DNA of 64,000 nt, from contig CAVQGX010000030.1 in NCBI GenBank assembly GCA_963712115.1, positions 64,001 to 128,000 on the forward strand, given 5' to 3'. A program made the translations under genes and the position numbers. Shown here in pieces: positions 38,163 to 47,763 of this stretch (its first letter is position 1; every line of letters starts with the position of its first letter). The notes below the pieces were generated by a model. The model did no database searches. It worked only from the letters and a program-made list of their open reading frames with translations, and was not told where the DNA came from. The DNA is from an uncultured delta proteobacterium (lineage in GTDB: Bacteria; Desulfobacterota; Syntrophobacteria; BM002).

Positions 38163-39071
38163 ATGAATAGTGTGAATTTGGATTCTTGGAAAACTGTGGC
38201 CTGGAACGGAATCAGTATGAGAGTGCCTTCTCAGTGGGAGGTAAGCTCTTTGGCAAAATCTTACCTTCAGCTTGATGACGGCATGGGCCCTGTACTTGAG
38301 CTGAAGTGGCAACAAGTGAAAGGTGTTTTTTCCCACCAGGATCATCTGAAAAAGCTGGCTCGCCATTCCAGATCTGTTCCTGGACTAAGTTTCCAGCAAA
38401 CTTCTTTGCCAGAGGAGTGGCGGCAAGCTCTGCGTCATTTTGAGACTCAATGCTTTGAGTGGCAGGGTGGAGAAATAAATGGGAAAGGGGTTGTTTTGTA
38501 TTGTCCGGCGAGTCAACAGGCCAGCCTGCTGCAATTTTATCAGCAGAGGGGTTTAGGCGGCTCTGAGGTACACTTGGGCGTGTTAGATTCATTTCGGGAC
38601 CATTGTGAACAAGACATGGTAAGATGGTCATTATTCGGCCTCAATGCGCTTATGCCAAAATCATTTGGGCTGGTACGATATCGTTTTGAGCCGGGCCACT
38701 ACCAGTTGGAGTTCAAAGATCGTCAGGAGTGTGTCGACCTTAATCGCTGGGGGCCAGCTGATTTGCTTCTCAGGAAGAGTGATCTTCGTCACTGGTTTGA
38801 AAAGAGGTGCAACGAATTAGACTGGTGCAAGTTGGCAAGCATCCGAGAGCATAATTATCAGGGGAGGCCTGCTCTTTATGGAGAAAACCGAGGTCCGGAT
38901 ACCCTCTCAGTGAGGCTTTGGGCAAGGATATCCAGGAAATTGCCCAATGTGTGGATTCGCATCTGGCACCTTTCTTCACAGAACCAGATCCTCGGTGTGG
39001 CGGCACGTGGCTTGAAATCTTTGGATGAATACTTGCTTGAGGAAATCTGCAGAAACTATGATATGGCCTAG
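38163..39071 (+). CDS. Hypothetical protein with a Trp-rich, internally repeated pattern
   Basis: Long ORF with GAGGT RBS; WNGISMRVPSQW / WSLFGLNALMPKSF repeated pattern; overlaps the next gene. Confidence 0.7.
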   Translation: MNSVNLDSWKTVAWNGISMRVPSQWEVSSLAKSYLQLDDGMGPVLELKWQQVKGVFSHQDHLKKLARHSRSVPGLSFQQTSLPEEWRQALRHFETQCFEWQGGEINGKGVVLYCPASQQASLLQFYQQRGLGGSEVHLGVLDSFRDHCEQDMVRWSLFGLNALMPKSFGLVRYRFEPGHYQLEFKDRQECVDLNRWGPADLLLRKSDLRHWFEKRCNELDWCKLASIREHNYQGRPALYGENRGPDTLSVRLWARISRKLPNVWIRIWHLSSQNQILGVAARGLKSLDEYLLEEICRNYDMA

Positions 39072-39492
39072 AAGGAAAAAGCTGCAGAAACATCACCTCA
39101 TGAGCGAACCTTCCACTAGGGCAGAGGCTTTTGCCTATTGTCCAGTTAAAAATCGAGAGGTGCTGGAAGAGGAGCTGGAAGGGGGTGCAATGGTGCTAAC
39201 CTATCCCCTAGTGATACGGCCTTGGCTGGCAGGTGTCGCTCAGAGGCTTGGGCTGCAGTCCAGTGAACCTCTAACCAGAAGGCTTGAACTTGATGAAATG
39301 GGGAGTCTCACCTGGAGTCTTCTAGACGGTAAACGTACTGTGCAAGATGTTGTGGACTTCTTATGTCGTCGCTATAAACTAAACCGTAGGGAGGCAGAAG
39401 TTGCAACGACCGGATTTCTTCGCGAGCTTGGTAAGCGAGGTCTTATTGGACTACGATCACCCCATGAGGAGGATAGAGAGAAATCCACTTGA
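39058..39492 (+). CDS. PqqD-family (RiPP recognition element-like) protein
   Basis: LELDEMGSLTWSLLDGKRTVQDVV...FLRELGKRGLI is typical of the PqqD/RRE winged helix. Confidence 0.78.
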   Translation: MIWPRRKKLQKHHLMSEPSTRAEAFAYCPVKNREVLEEELEGGAMVLTYPLVIRPWLAGVAQRLGLQSSEPLTRRLELDEMGSLTWSLLDGKRTVQDVVDFLCRRYKLNRREAEVATTGFLRELGKRGLIGLRSPHEEDREKST

Positions 39493-39550
39493 CAAAGAGA
39501 TGAACCTCTCGGCACCATGTTAAACCCTTTGACCAGGTAGGAGGTGTACA

Positions 39551-40474
39551 ATGCGTATAGTAGTGGTTGGGCAGGCGCCCTTTGGTGCCAAAGTACTGGA
39601 GGGACTGCTGGAAAAGGGAGAAGAGGTGGTGGCAGTATATACCCCTCCTGACAAAGGGAGTAGACTGGACCCTCTAAAGGAAGCAGCACTTGCCAAAGGA
39701 ATTGCGATTTATCAACCAGCAACCTATAAAGATGATCAAGTTTTCGCCGAATACAAAGACCTCAAACCTGACCTGACAATTTTGGCTTTTGTAACTGACA
39801 TTATTCCTGAAAAGTTTTTCACTGAACCCTCTCTCGGCACCATCTGTTACCATCCCTCTCTTCTCCCCCTGCACCGTGGCGCTAGCGCCATAAACTGGGC
39901 GATCATTATGGGTAGAGCCAAGACTGGTCTGACCATTTTTTGGCCGGACGGTGGAATCGATACAGGCCCAATTCTTCTCCAAAAGGAGGTGGAGATCGGA
40001 CCGGATGATACCACCGGGTCCATCTACTTCAATTATCTTTTCCCCATGGGAGTTGATGCCATCCTCGAGTCTGTAGATCTGATCAAAGAGGGCAAGGCCC
40101 CCAAAATTCAACAGGCGAAAGAAGGAGCCACTTACGAGCAGCCGTGCAGTGGTCGTGTGGCTGCCATAGACTGGGAAAGATCTGGCCAAGAAGTTTACAA
40201 TTTAGTGCGAGGCTGTGATCCTCAACCCGGGGCGTACAGTAAATTGAAGGAAGAAAAAGTCTGTTTTTACGGCGCTAGGCTCTTGCGGGAGTCCACTGAA
40301 GAGGTTCCTGGTACGGTAGTAAAAATAGACCCGGAGGGCTTTCAGGTAGCTGTGGAGGGAGGAAAACTGGCTGTCAGTAAAGTAAGGCCGGAGACTGGGG
40401 GCAAAATGGAGGCTGCGGCCTTTGCCTCGGAAAGAGGATTAGAAATAGGAGATCGATTTAGCAATGACGGGTGA
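39551..40474 (+). CDS. Formyltransferase family protein (10-formyl-THF dehydrogenase N-terminal/Fmt-like)
   Basis: GQAPFG, YHPSLLPLHRGASAINW, IDTGPILLQ and GCDPQPGA; GGAGG RBS. Confidence 0.88.
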   Translation: MRIVVVGQAPFGAKVLEGLLEKGEEVVAVYTPPDKGSRLDPLKEAALAKGIAIYQPATYKDDQVFAEYKDLKPDLTILAFVTDIIPEKFFTEPSLGTICYHPSLLPLHRGASAINWAIIMGRAKTGLTIFWPDGGIDTGPILLQKEVEIGPDDTTGSIYFNYLFPMGVDAILESVDLIKEGKAPKIQQAKEGATYEQPCSGRVAAIDWERSGQEVYNLVRGCDPQPGAYSKLKEEKVCFYGARLLRESTEEVPGTVVKIDPEGFQVAVEGGKLAVSKVRPETGGKMEAAAFASERGLEIGDRFSNDG

Positions 40475-40718
40475 GACAGAACCAGACAAAGGGGAGATGG
40501 AGGAGGAGAACCGCCGAATACGGACCCTAAGACTCTTGGTGGATTTCTCTCTGGCTTACCTCGCCCAGACTAACTTGCCCCTGGAAGAGGCGCAGGCAGT
40601 CGTGGAAGGAGTTAAAAAACAGGCCTTGCGCCTTTTTCCAGAAAAGGAGGAGACCTTCGACCTGATTTACCTCCCAAGGTTTCGCCGTTTACTGAGGGAA
40701 AAGTATCACTTGCATTAG
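40464..40718 (+). CDS. Small helical hypothetical protein
   Basis: Overlaps the previous stop; LFPEKEETFDLIYLPRFRRLL looks like a conserved motif. Confidence 0.65.
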   Translation: MTGETEPDKGEMEEENRRIRTLRLLVDFSLAYLAQTNLPLEEAQAVVEGVKKQALRLFPEKEETFDLIYLPRFRRLLREKYHLH

Positions 40719-40754
40719 CGCAGAGCGAATAGCGCTCTGCGCGGCGGGACGGGG

Positions 40755-40985
40755 ATAGAGGTCAGAGGGCGGAGGACAGAAGTCAGAAGTCGGAGATCAG
40801 CGGTCAGAGGGCAGCAAGTCAAATCGTCAATTTGTCGAATAGTCAAATGGTTATGAATGGCCTCAATGACGAATTAACGATTTGAACGAATTGACTAATC
40901 GACTAATTAACTAATTAACCACCTGAACGGTTTGAACGATTCAACCACCTGAACGGTTTGAAGGCTTTGAAAGACTGCAACGGAT
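40755..40985. repeat. Composite repeat (family A arm plus AACGATT/AATTGAC arrays)
   Basis: 40776-40933 is an inverted copy of 35467-35624. Confidence 0.9.
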
Positions 40986-40998
40986 AGCACTTAAAATC

Positions 40999-41769
40999 AT
41001 GAAAGAAATCTACCTACGCTTGATGAACGAATCGCGCTGCATTGCTTCTCGTTACGAGTTACCTGAATTCTACCGGCGATTCAAGCCTTCACTGGCAATT
41101 TCACGGCGTATTTTTTTTGATAACCCGTTGCTTATTCATTGCAGAGAGTTAGTTACCCCGCAATATCCGGGTGATTTTGGTCATGGACTTCAACATGCCA
41201 CCAAGGTGAGTGTTGATGCAGGTACCATTGTTCTTTTGGAAGGTGAGAAGTATTTTACTGTTCAAGCAGAATTAGAGCGTGCGGTTGTGCTGGTTCAACT
41301 CGCAGGACTTCTCCACGATTTAAAAAGGATGGAACACAAGCACGCCTCCGCCGGCGCTAAGGCGGCCAGAAAACTCCTATATGATTTTCCCCTCAGTCAC
41401 CCAGAGGTAAATTGCGTGGCAGAGGCCATAGCTAATCATGAAGCATTTTCTGAGCCCCAAATGTGCGAAACGCTAACAGGCCAACTGGTAGCCGATGCGC
41501 TCTATGACGCAGACAAATTCCGCTGGGGCCCGGACAATTTTACCCATACAGTCTGGTACATGATGAGTTACCACCAAGTAGACATAGCCGAGCTGTTTGG
41601 TCGCTTCCCATGGGGTGTAGATGGTATCGTCAGGATCAAGGATACTTTCAGAACGAATATAGGGGTTCAGTACGGCCCGGAGATCATCGATTTAGGAGTA
41701 AGGATCGGCAAAGAGATCTATCAACATCTGCAGAAATATCTACACTCGTTTAACCCGGATGTTTCATGA
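40999..41769 (+). CDS. HD-domain phosphohydrolase-like protein
   Basis: HGLQHA, LLHD, NHE and LYDADK. The last codons (NPDVS*) come from the MITE end. Confidence 0.82.
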   Translation: MKEIYLRLMNESRCIASRYELPEFYRRFKPSLAISRRIFFDNPLLIHCRELVTPQYPGDFGHGLQHATKVSVDAGTIVLLEGEKYFTVQAELERAVVLVQLAGLLHDLKRMEHKHASAGAKAARKLLYDFPLSHPEVNCVAEAIANHEAFSEPQMCETLTGQLVADALYDADKFRWGPDNFTHTVWYMMSYHQVDIAELFGRFPWGVDGIVRIKDTFRTNIGVQYGPEIIDLGVRIGKEIYQHLQKYLHSFNPDVS

Positions 41770-42101
41770 ATCCGCCTAAGGCGGACCACGGATATGGCCG
41801 TCCTTCTCTCCGAGCAGTAGGCTCTACGAGCCGGACGCCGTGCGTCCTCGGGTGTCGGCCCCTGCGACGTACCATTCAGGTAGGCCTCGGCTTCGATCTT
41901 GGATTTGGGATTTCGGATCTCGGATTCTTGAGTACAATTAATGATATCGAACTTAACAGTTCAGATTTCACCATTTGTTTTCTGGTTCTCACGTACTCTT
42001 CAGCAAATTTTAAATCCGCAATCCGCATTCCGCAATCGTCGACCCGGCGGCCCGCCCATCTTCGTGGTCTGGTGACAGTAATTCATGAAATATCCGGGTT
42101 G
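41751..42101. mobile_element. MITE-like family M, copy 3 (351 bp), with the same insert as copy 2
   Basis: TAACCCGGATGTTTCATGAAT ... ATTCATGAAATATCCGGGTTG. Confidence 0.8.
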
Positions 42102-42138
42102 AGAGAGTTGGGAGGAGACTCTAGAGAGTAGTCTTCAA

Positions 42139-43164
42139 GTGGACATGGAGACGGAGGGTAAGATTGCCCAGGGTGAAAGGGATGTGATGGTTTTCAATGA
42201 AAGCGAAGGCATCGACGGACTTCGCATAGGTCAGGTGACAGACAAAGAAAATAACACTGGTTGCACCGTTGTGCTGGCCGAAAATGGTGCTGTTGCAGGA
42301 GTTGATGTACGTGGAGGGGCACCAGGAACACACGGAACCGATGCCTTACGACCGGAAAACCTGGTAGAGCGACTACACGCAGTGGTCCTTACCGGTGGTA
42401 GTGCTTTTGGGTTAGCCTCGGTACAGGGAGTTATGCGATACCTACGTCAAAGGAATTGTGGTTTTCAAACCGAATACGGAGTGGTTCCTATTGTAAGCGG
42501 TGCAGTAGTTTTCGATCTCGGTCTAAACAGAAGTGAAACGCTTCCAGACGCCGATATGGGCTATCGAGCATGTGAAAATTCTTCAAAAGCGGGTGCTGAA
42601 CAGGGATGCGTGGGTGCAGGTACCGGTGCGACAGTGGGAAAGCTTTTCGGACTTGAACGTGCCATGAAGGGCGGACAAGGCTTCGCCTCTCTTGTTTCCC
42701 CCAATGGACTGAGGCTTTGGGTCCTGGCAGTAGTTAATGCTTTCGGTGACATTCGCAACCATGAGAATGGTCAGTTACTGGCAGGGGTGCGCACTAGAGA
42801 CGGACGGCGACTGGCAAATGCAGCTGCAAGCCTGACTGAGTTGGAAGTTTTGAGGGGTTTCTCGGCCACAAACACTGTCTTGGGTGTAGTGAGCACCAAT
42901 GCCACCCTTTCAAAAGCTGAACTCACGAGGGTGGCTCAAATGGCTCATGATGGTATTGCTCGTGCCGTTGTTCCTTCCCACACTCTTTACGATGGTGACA
43001 CCATCTTTGCCTTGAGTACGGGGTCTCATGGGCGAGTTGAGACAACTGTTGTTGGCGCGATTGCTGCCCAGTTAATGGGCCAAGCTATTGTCAACGCGGT
43101 TGTCCATGCTGTTGGGGTGGATAACCTTCCCGCCTACCAGGACCTTTTTGGAAATAGCCCATAG
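42139..43164 (+). CDS. Peptidase P1/S58 family (DmpA-like)
   Basis: GVDVRGGAPGT, LTGGSAFGL, GAGTGA, VVNAFGD, NTVLG and DGDTIF. Confidence 0.9.
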   Translation: MDMETEGKIAQGERDVMVFNESEGIDGLRIGQVTDKENNTGCTVVLAENGAVAGVDVRGGAPGTHGTDALRPENLVERLHAVVLTGGSAFGLASVQGVMRYLRQRNCGFQTEYGVVPIVSGAVVFDLGLNRSETLPDADMGYRACENSSKAGAEQGCVGAGTGATVGKLFGLERAMKGGQGFASLVSPNGLRLWVLAVVNAFGDIRNHENGQLLAGVRTRDGRRLANAAASLTELEVLRGFSATNTVLGVVSTNATLSKAELTRVAQMAHDGIARAVVPSHTLYDGDTIFALSTGSHGRVETTVVGAIAAQLMGQAIVNAVVHAVGVDNLPAYQDLFGNSP

Positions 43165-43183
43165 CGCAAAGCGCTTCGCGGCT

Positions 43184-43480
43184 GGTAAACAGTAAACGGT
43201 GAACGGTAAGCAGCGAGACGGGCGAGACTTGCGAGACGGGGGCAGAAGACAGAGTAGTCATTTGCCTTCGGCGTCATTAGGTCACTACGCTGCGCTGTCA
43301 TTTGTTGTAAAAGGTAGAGGACAGACGACGGAAAACAGAAGTCAGAAGTCGGAGGTCGGAGGTCAGAGAAAAGCGAGTTATTGGCTGATCTTTTGCTTAT
43401 AACGTATAACAAATAACGAATAACAACTCGTACCGTTCACCGTTTACCATTTAACGATTTCAACGACTTGAACGTTTTTA
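43184..43480. repeat. Nested composite repeat: GTRAACG arms enclosing a family B half, the 62-bp core, family A and an ATAACRR array
   Basis: ggtaaacagtaaacggtgaacggta ... taccgttcaccgtttacc; 43346-43447 is near-identical to 48519-48620. Confidence 0.88.
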
Positions 43481-43546
43481 ACCAGTGGGAGAATTGACAA
43501 CCGCACTGCAAATTCCTCTGGAATTAATGGAAATAGGAGTAAAAAC

Positions 43547-44113
43547 TTGAAGTCGATTATAAACTTTTTTTTTGAATTAGGCATGTTGAAGAAAACTCCA
43601 AGGAGTGGGTACCAGTTTCTCGGTTCAGGACGAGAGTCTGTAGCTGATCACGCTTTTCGAGTGGCGACAATTGGCTTCACCATGGCGAGGCTGGACAAGG
43701 AAGCCGACGCCTTTACCGTAATGCGGATGTGTTTGTTTCACGATCTTCCTGAGTCCCGCACGGGTGACCTAAACTACGTAAACAAACGCTATGTTGAAGT
43801 TAAGGAGGACCAGGCTATAAAGGATCTGGCCAAGACACTTCCCTTCGGCGAAGAAATTCAGGATTTGTTGGAAGAGTTTAAAGGAGGAAAGACCCGAGAG
43901 GCCCAGTTGGCTCGGGACGCAGATCAATTGGATCTCATTTTGGAACTGAAGGAACATCAGGATTTAGGCAACCGCTATGCCAAGGATTGGATCCAATTCG
44001 CCCTTAAACGGCTGAAAACGGATTTGGGCAAACGGTTGGCGGTACAGGTTTTAGAGACTGATTCTACCGCCTGGTGGTTCGAGGGGAGGGATCATTGGTG
44101 GACTGCTGAATAG
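43547..44113 (+). CDS. HD-domain protein (YfbR/HDDC2-like 5'-deoxynucleotidase family)
   Basis: LKKTPRSG, ESVADH, FHDLPE..GD and DADQLD; AGGAG RBS with a TTG start. Confidence 0.88.
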   Translation: MKSIINFFFELGMLKKTPRSGYQFLGSGRESVADHAFRVATIGFTMARLDKEADAFTVMRMCLFHDLPESRTGDLNYVNKRYVEVKEDQAIKDLAKTLPFGEEIQDLLEEFKGGKTREAQLARDADQLDLILELKEHQDLGNRYAKDWIQFALKRLKTDLGKRLAVQVLETDSTAWWFEGRDHWWTAE

Positions 44114-44122
44114 CAAGCTGTC

Positions 44123-44197
44123 GGCGAGAGGCGCGAGAAGAGATCATTCAATCCTTTTCATCCCAGACCTCTCGTCTCGCCCGACATCCCGTCTCGT
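44123..44197. repeat. Family B element, gene-less
   Basis: ggcgagaggcgcgagaagag ... ctctcgtctcgcccgacatcccgtctcg. Confidence 0.7.
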
Positions 44198-44214
44198 AGC
44201 GCCACGTAGTGGCG

Positions 44215-45276
44215 CTAGGCGACCGTGATGGAATTCTTGCCCACATCTTTGCTTCTGTAGAGAGAGTTGTCTGCCAGTTGTAGCAGTTCTTTCTTGTCTG
44301 AGGCATCAGTGGGATAATTGGCTATACCGAAGCTGGCGGTCAATTTGATAGCGAGGTTCAGGTCCTGGAGGAAAGTCGCATCCGCCAATGCCTTGCGGAT
44401 GGCAACCACTTTATCAAAGGCCGAATTTTTGTCCTGGCCCGGCAAGATTATTACATATTCATCCCCACCGTAGCGCACCAACCGATCATCTTGTTCTAGC
44501 TTTGAATCTATAACCTCAGCAGCCTCTCGTAAAATTTTGCTCCCGAGTAGGTGTCCGTGCTTGTCTACGTGTTCCTTGAAGTTATCCAAGTCAAGGAACA
44601 CCAAGGAAACTTCCTGCCCTTGGTGCAGCAACAGGTCCAAGTGCTGATGCATGAAGCGGGTGTTGTAATAACTCGACACGTCGTCAGTGATGCTCAGGGA
44701 CTCGATCTTTCTGTAGGTGCGAGCATTATGGATGGCGATGGCTACATAATCGGCTAGGATGGATAGCAGGGGCATGAAATTGTCCTGGAAGAGAGACATG
44801 TCTTCAGGGTTTATTATTTCAATGACGCCAATTACCGCACCCTGCATTTTAAGAGGAAGACAAATGATAGAGCGAGTGACGAAGCCGGTGAGATCGTCCA
44901 CTTTATTACTGAAGCGAGGGTCACGTCGAACCTCCGGCACCAACATTGGCTCACCGGAAAGGGCAACGGTACCTGCTATTCCTTCGCCAAGCTGTATTCG
45001 CACGTCGGCCAAGGAACCTTTATCTAAACCAACTACCACCTCGAAATATAGCTCCTGTGTCTCAGGATCCAGCAGGAACAAGGTCCAGTTTTTCGCCTTA
45101 ATAAGCTCACTTAATCTTTTAAGTATGATTATTAGTATCTGGTCCATGTTAAAAGTTGAGGTGAGAGCCTTGCCAATCTCAACGCAGGTCATCAGCTGTT
45201 GAATGTAAATGGAACTCTCTTCAGGTGAATTGGTGTGGGTGGGTAACAGATCTACTTCTTTGAATAGCTCATCCAT
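44215..45276 (-). CDS. GAF-GGDEF diguanylate cyclase
   Basis: GAF domain (GEGIAG, DPRF), DLDNFK, RYGGDEY and SFGIA. Confidence 0.92.
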   Translation of the reverse strand: MDELFKEVDLLPTHTNSPEESSIYIQQLMTCVEIGKALTSTFNMDQILIIILKRLSELIKAKNWTLFLLDPETQELYFEVVVGLDKGSLADVRIQLGEGIAGTVALSGEPMLVPEVRRDPRFSNKVDDLTGFVTRSIICLPLKMQGAVIGVIEIINPEDMSLFQDNFMPLLSILADYVAIAIHNARTYRKIESLSITDDVSSYYNTRFMHQHLDLLLHQGQEVSLVFLDLDNFKEHVDKHGHLLGSKILREAAEVIDSKLEQDDRLVRYGGDEYVIILPGQDKNSAFDKVVAIRKALADATFLQDLNLAIKLTASFGIANYPTDASDKKELLQLADNSLYRSKDVGKNSITVA

Positions 45277-45322
45277 GGGCGATCCACTGCCTTTGTTATT
45301 GCTTATACACCGAATTAGGTAA

Positions 45323-45338
45323 AGCAACCTTCATGCCA
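45323..45338 (-). promoter_or_regulatory. Sigma54 (-24/-12) promoter
   Basis: Minus strand reads TGGCATGAAGGTTGCT (GG-N10-GC), about 47 bp upstream of ATG 45276. Confidence 0.65.
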
Positions 45339-45351
45339 ACACCAAAGTTTA

Positions 45352-45505
45352 AGAGGACAGAAGACAGAAGACAGAAGACAGAAGTCAGAGGTCAGAGGTC
45401 AGAGATCAGTGAGTTATAGGCTGATCTTTTGCGTATAACGAATAACGGATAACGGATAACGGATAACATCTCATACCGCTCACTGCTCACCGCTACCGCT
45501 TACCA
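45352..45505. repeat. Composite repeat: CAGAAGA/CAGAGGT, ATAACGG and TACCGCT arrays
   Basis: (cagaaga)x3, (ataacgg)x3 and accgctcactgctcaccgcttacc-like units. Confidence 0.85.
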
Positions 45506-45580
45506 TAAGGACTACCTCTTGAATCAATTGTAACACCTATGCTACTTAGGATGGACACTATAGTGAAAAGGAAGTGCTAA

Positions 45581-46270
45581 ATGAGCAAGAGTGATCTCGA
45601 CGAGCACCTTCAGGATATCGAGAAGGATTACAAGACTGAGATTGTTCCCATAACCGTATCCGGGCTGTCCTTGCGCTGTCTGAGGATAGCCGACTTAGAC
45701 GAGATAATCCTCGACCAGCTAGGCACGGGTGATCTCAATGGGGCAGAGCTTCCCTACTGGGGAAAAATCTGGGAGGCGAGCATTCTCCTGGCGGCTTACT
45801 TGATAGCCCAGCCTGTAGTGCCAGGGAGACAGATCCTTGAGATTGGCACGGGTCTTGGGGTTAGTGGCCTTTTTGCGGCCGCATGCGGCCATGATGTAAC
45901 ACTATCTGATCATAAAAAGGAGATCATCAGATTCATCAGGGCAAATATTTTATTGAACAAATTGGACAATGTGGACGTTATTAATGTTGACTGGACCAAA
46001 CCAACCTCAAACCAACTCTACGACTGGATTGTGGGCTCGGAGGTGGTATACCACCGGCCAACCTATGATTCCTTGGTGCAGTTTTTTCAACAGGCGCTGA
46101 AGCCTCACGGTACTATTTTTCTCGCCAAGAGCACGAGTCTACCGGCCAACGCTTTTTTTTCAAAACTCACACAGTATTTTAAGTTTAAAAAACTGGACAA
46201 AGTAATGCGTTCTGGGGATCAACAATATGCCATCAGTCTCTATGCAATCAAGAGGAAGGATGAGACTTAG
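45581..46270 (+). CDS. Class I SAM-dependent methyltransferase (Methyltransf_16, protein-lysine MT-like)
   Basis: PYWGKIWEAS, LEIGTGLG, DW and GSEVVY. Confidence 0.85.
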   Translation: MSKSDLDEHLQDIEKDYKTEIVPITVSGLSLRCLRIADLDEIILDQLGTGDLNGAELPYWGKIWEASILLAAYLIAQPVVPGRQILEIGTGLGVSGLFAAACGHDVTLSDHKKEIIRFIRANILLNKLDNVDVINVDWTKPTSNQLYDWIVGSEVVYHRPTYDSLVQFFQQALKPHGTIFLAKSTSLPANAFFSKLTQYFKFKKLDKVMRSGDQQYAISLYAIKRKDET

Positions 46271-46297
46271 CTCACAGCTCATAGCTCGAAAGGAGTT

Positions 46298-46478
46298 CGT
46301 CAATTAGTTAATTAGTTGATTAGAGAACTAGAGAATTAGTTAATACAGTTAAGCAGTTGACCGTTTACCGTTCACCATTTACGATTTGAACGACTTTAAC
46401 GACTTCAACGATTTGAACGATTTGAACGGCTGCAACGAATGAACTAATTCTCTAATTACCTAATTCTCTAATTGACCT
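46298..46478. repeat. Composite repeat: AATTAGT/ACTAATT arms enclosing ACCGTT and AACGAYTT arrays
   Basis: gtcaattagttaattagttgattagag ... ctaattctctaattacctaattctctaattgac. Confidence 0.85.
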
Positions 46479-46519
46479 TGACTGTCTGCTGCGAGCTGCC
46501 TGCTGCTTTGGGGTGATCA

Positions 46520-47428
46520 ATGAGATTAACCTTCTTGGGAACAGGTTCTGCCTGGTCCCTACCTGAGATAGGTTGTGACTGCTTGATATGCCGGCAAATG
46601 CATAAAAACGAAGAGACTCGTCTCCGCACTTCTTTTTACCTGGAGGGGCGAGAGAAGTTATTGATTGATTGCGGGCCGGACATAGTGCGGCAATGGTGGA
46701 CTAACGGCTTGAAGTCACTAGACGGAGTGCTCATAACTCACGAGCACGGAGATCATTATCTGGGCCTCGATGAGTTGGTTGCTTTACGACGTTCCACTGA
46801 TCCCGGTAACTGGCATCCCATTCCCACCTACGCCACGGAAAGTTCCTGGGAGACCATTGAGCTTCGTTTCGGGTATCTTCTGGAGAAAACCCTGGAGAAA
46901 AGATTGGTTGTCCCCGGCGAACCGCTGCCTGGATTGCAAACCAGGGTGGTTCCTTTCAAAACTTACCACGGGCCGATGGCAAAGGGGGCGGTGGGCTACG
47001 CGTTTGAGGACGGAGGAAAAAGGCTGGTTTACACTTCTGATCTGCTCCATCTCGAGGGGCAAGAGGACATATTGCGCCACCCAGATGCACTAGTCATTCA
47101 GTCTCACTGGCTCAATGAACCTGAGTTTAACCGGCCATCACTGCTTAGCTTGCAGCGGGCATTGCCGATGATTCGTGCCTGGCAACCTAGAGAAAAGGTT
47201 TTTCTGGTTCATATCTCGGACGCCGATCAGGTGCCCGGTGACCCGGCCAACCATTACCTCAAAAAGATACCCCCTGCAGCTCCGCTCAAGGACCCGCAGA
47301 CAGGCATTGCATATCCCGTTCCGACCTGTCAGGCGGAATGGCAAGAGACAGCTGAGAGAGCCTTTAAAGACAGCGGTATATATATACCAGTGCAGGTCGC
47401 TTATGATGGACTAGCGGTCGAAATTTAG
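46520..47428 (+). CDS. MBL-fold metallo-hydrolase (PhnP-like)
   Basis: FLGTG, CDCLIC, LIDCGPD, THEHGDH and YTSD. Confidence 0.9.
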   Translation: MRLTFLGTGSAWSLPEIGCDCLICRQMHKNEETRLRTSFYLEGREKLLIDCGPDIVRQWWTNGLKSLDGVLITHEHGDHYLGLDELVALRRSTDPGNWHPIPTYATESSWETIELRFGYLLEKTLEKRLVVPGEPLPGLQTRVVPFKTYHGPMAKGAVGYAFEDGGKRLVYTSDLLHLEGQEDILRHPDALVIQSHWLNEPEFNRPSLLSLQRALPMIRAWQPREKVFLVHISDADQVPGDPANHYLKKIPPAAPLKDPQTGIAYPVPTCQAEWQETAERAFKDSGIYIPVQVAYDGLAVEI

Positions 47429-47459
47429 CACGCAGAGCTCTCGGGGCATAGAGTAAGAA

Positions 47460-47745
47460 ATCAGGGGTCGGGGGTTAGAAGACAGAGCAGTCATTTGCCT
47501 TCGGCGTCATTAGGTCACTACGCTGCGCTGTCATTTGTTGTAAAAGGTAGAAGACAGAGGGCAGAGGACAGACGACAGAAGTCAGAGGTCGGAGATCAGA
47601 GGTCGGAGATCAGAGGTCGGAGATCAGAGGTCGGAGATCAGAGGTCAGAGATCCTAAGTTAGAGATTAACGAATAACGAATAACAAATAACATCTCATAC
47701 CGCTCACTGCTTACCGCTTACTGCTTACAATTTGTAACAGATAAC
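47460..47745. repeat. Composite repeat with the 62-bp GTCATT core and a (CAGAGGTCGGAGAT)x4 array
   Basis: 47490-47551 is identical to 43257-43318; 14-bp tandem unit. Confidence 0.88.
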
Positions 47746-47763
47746 GAACTTGGGCTTTCGGTT

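Noticed and set aside
39551-40474. Canonical fmt gene symbol
   Set aside because: It lacks the Fmt N-terminal signature and the def linkage, so the symbol is withheld.
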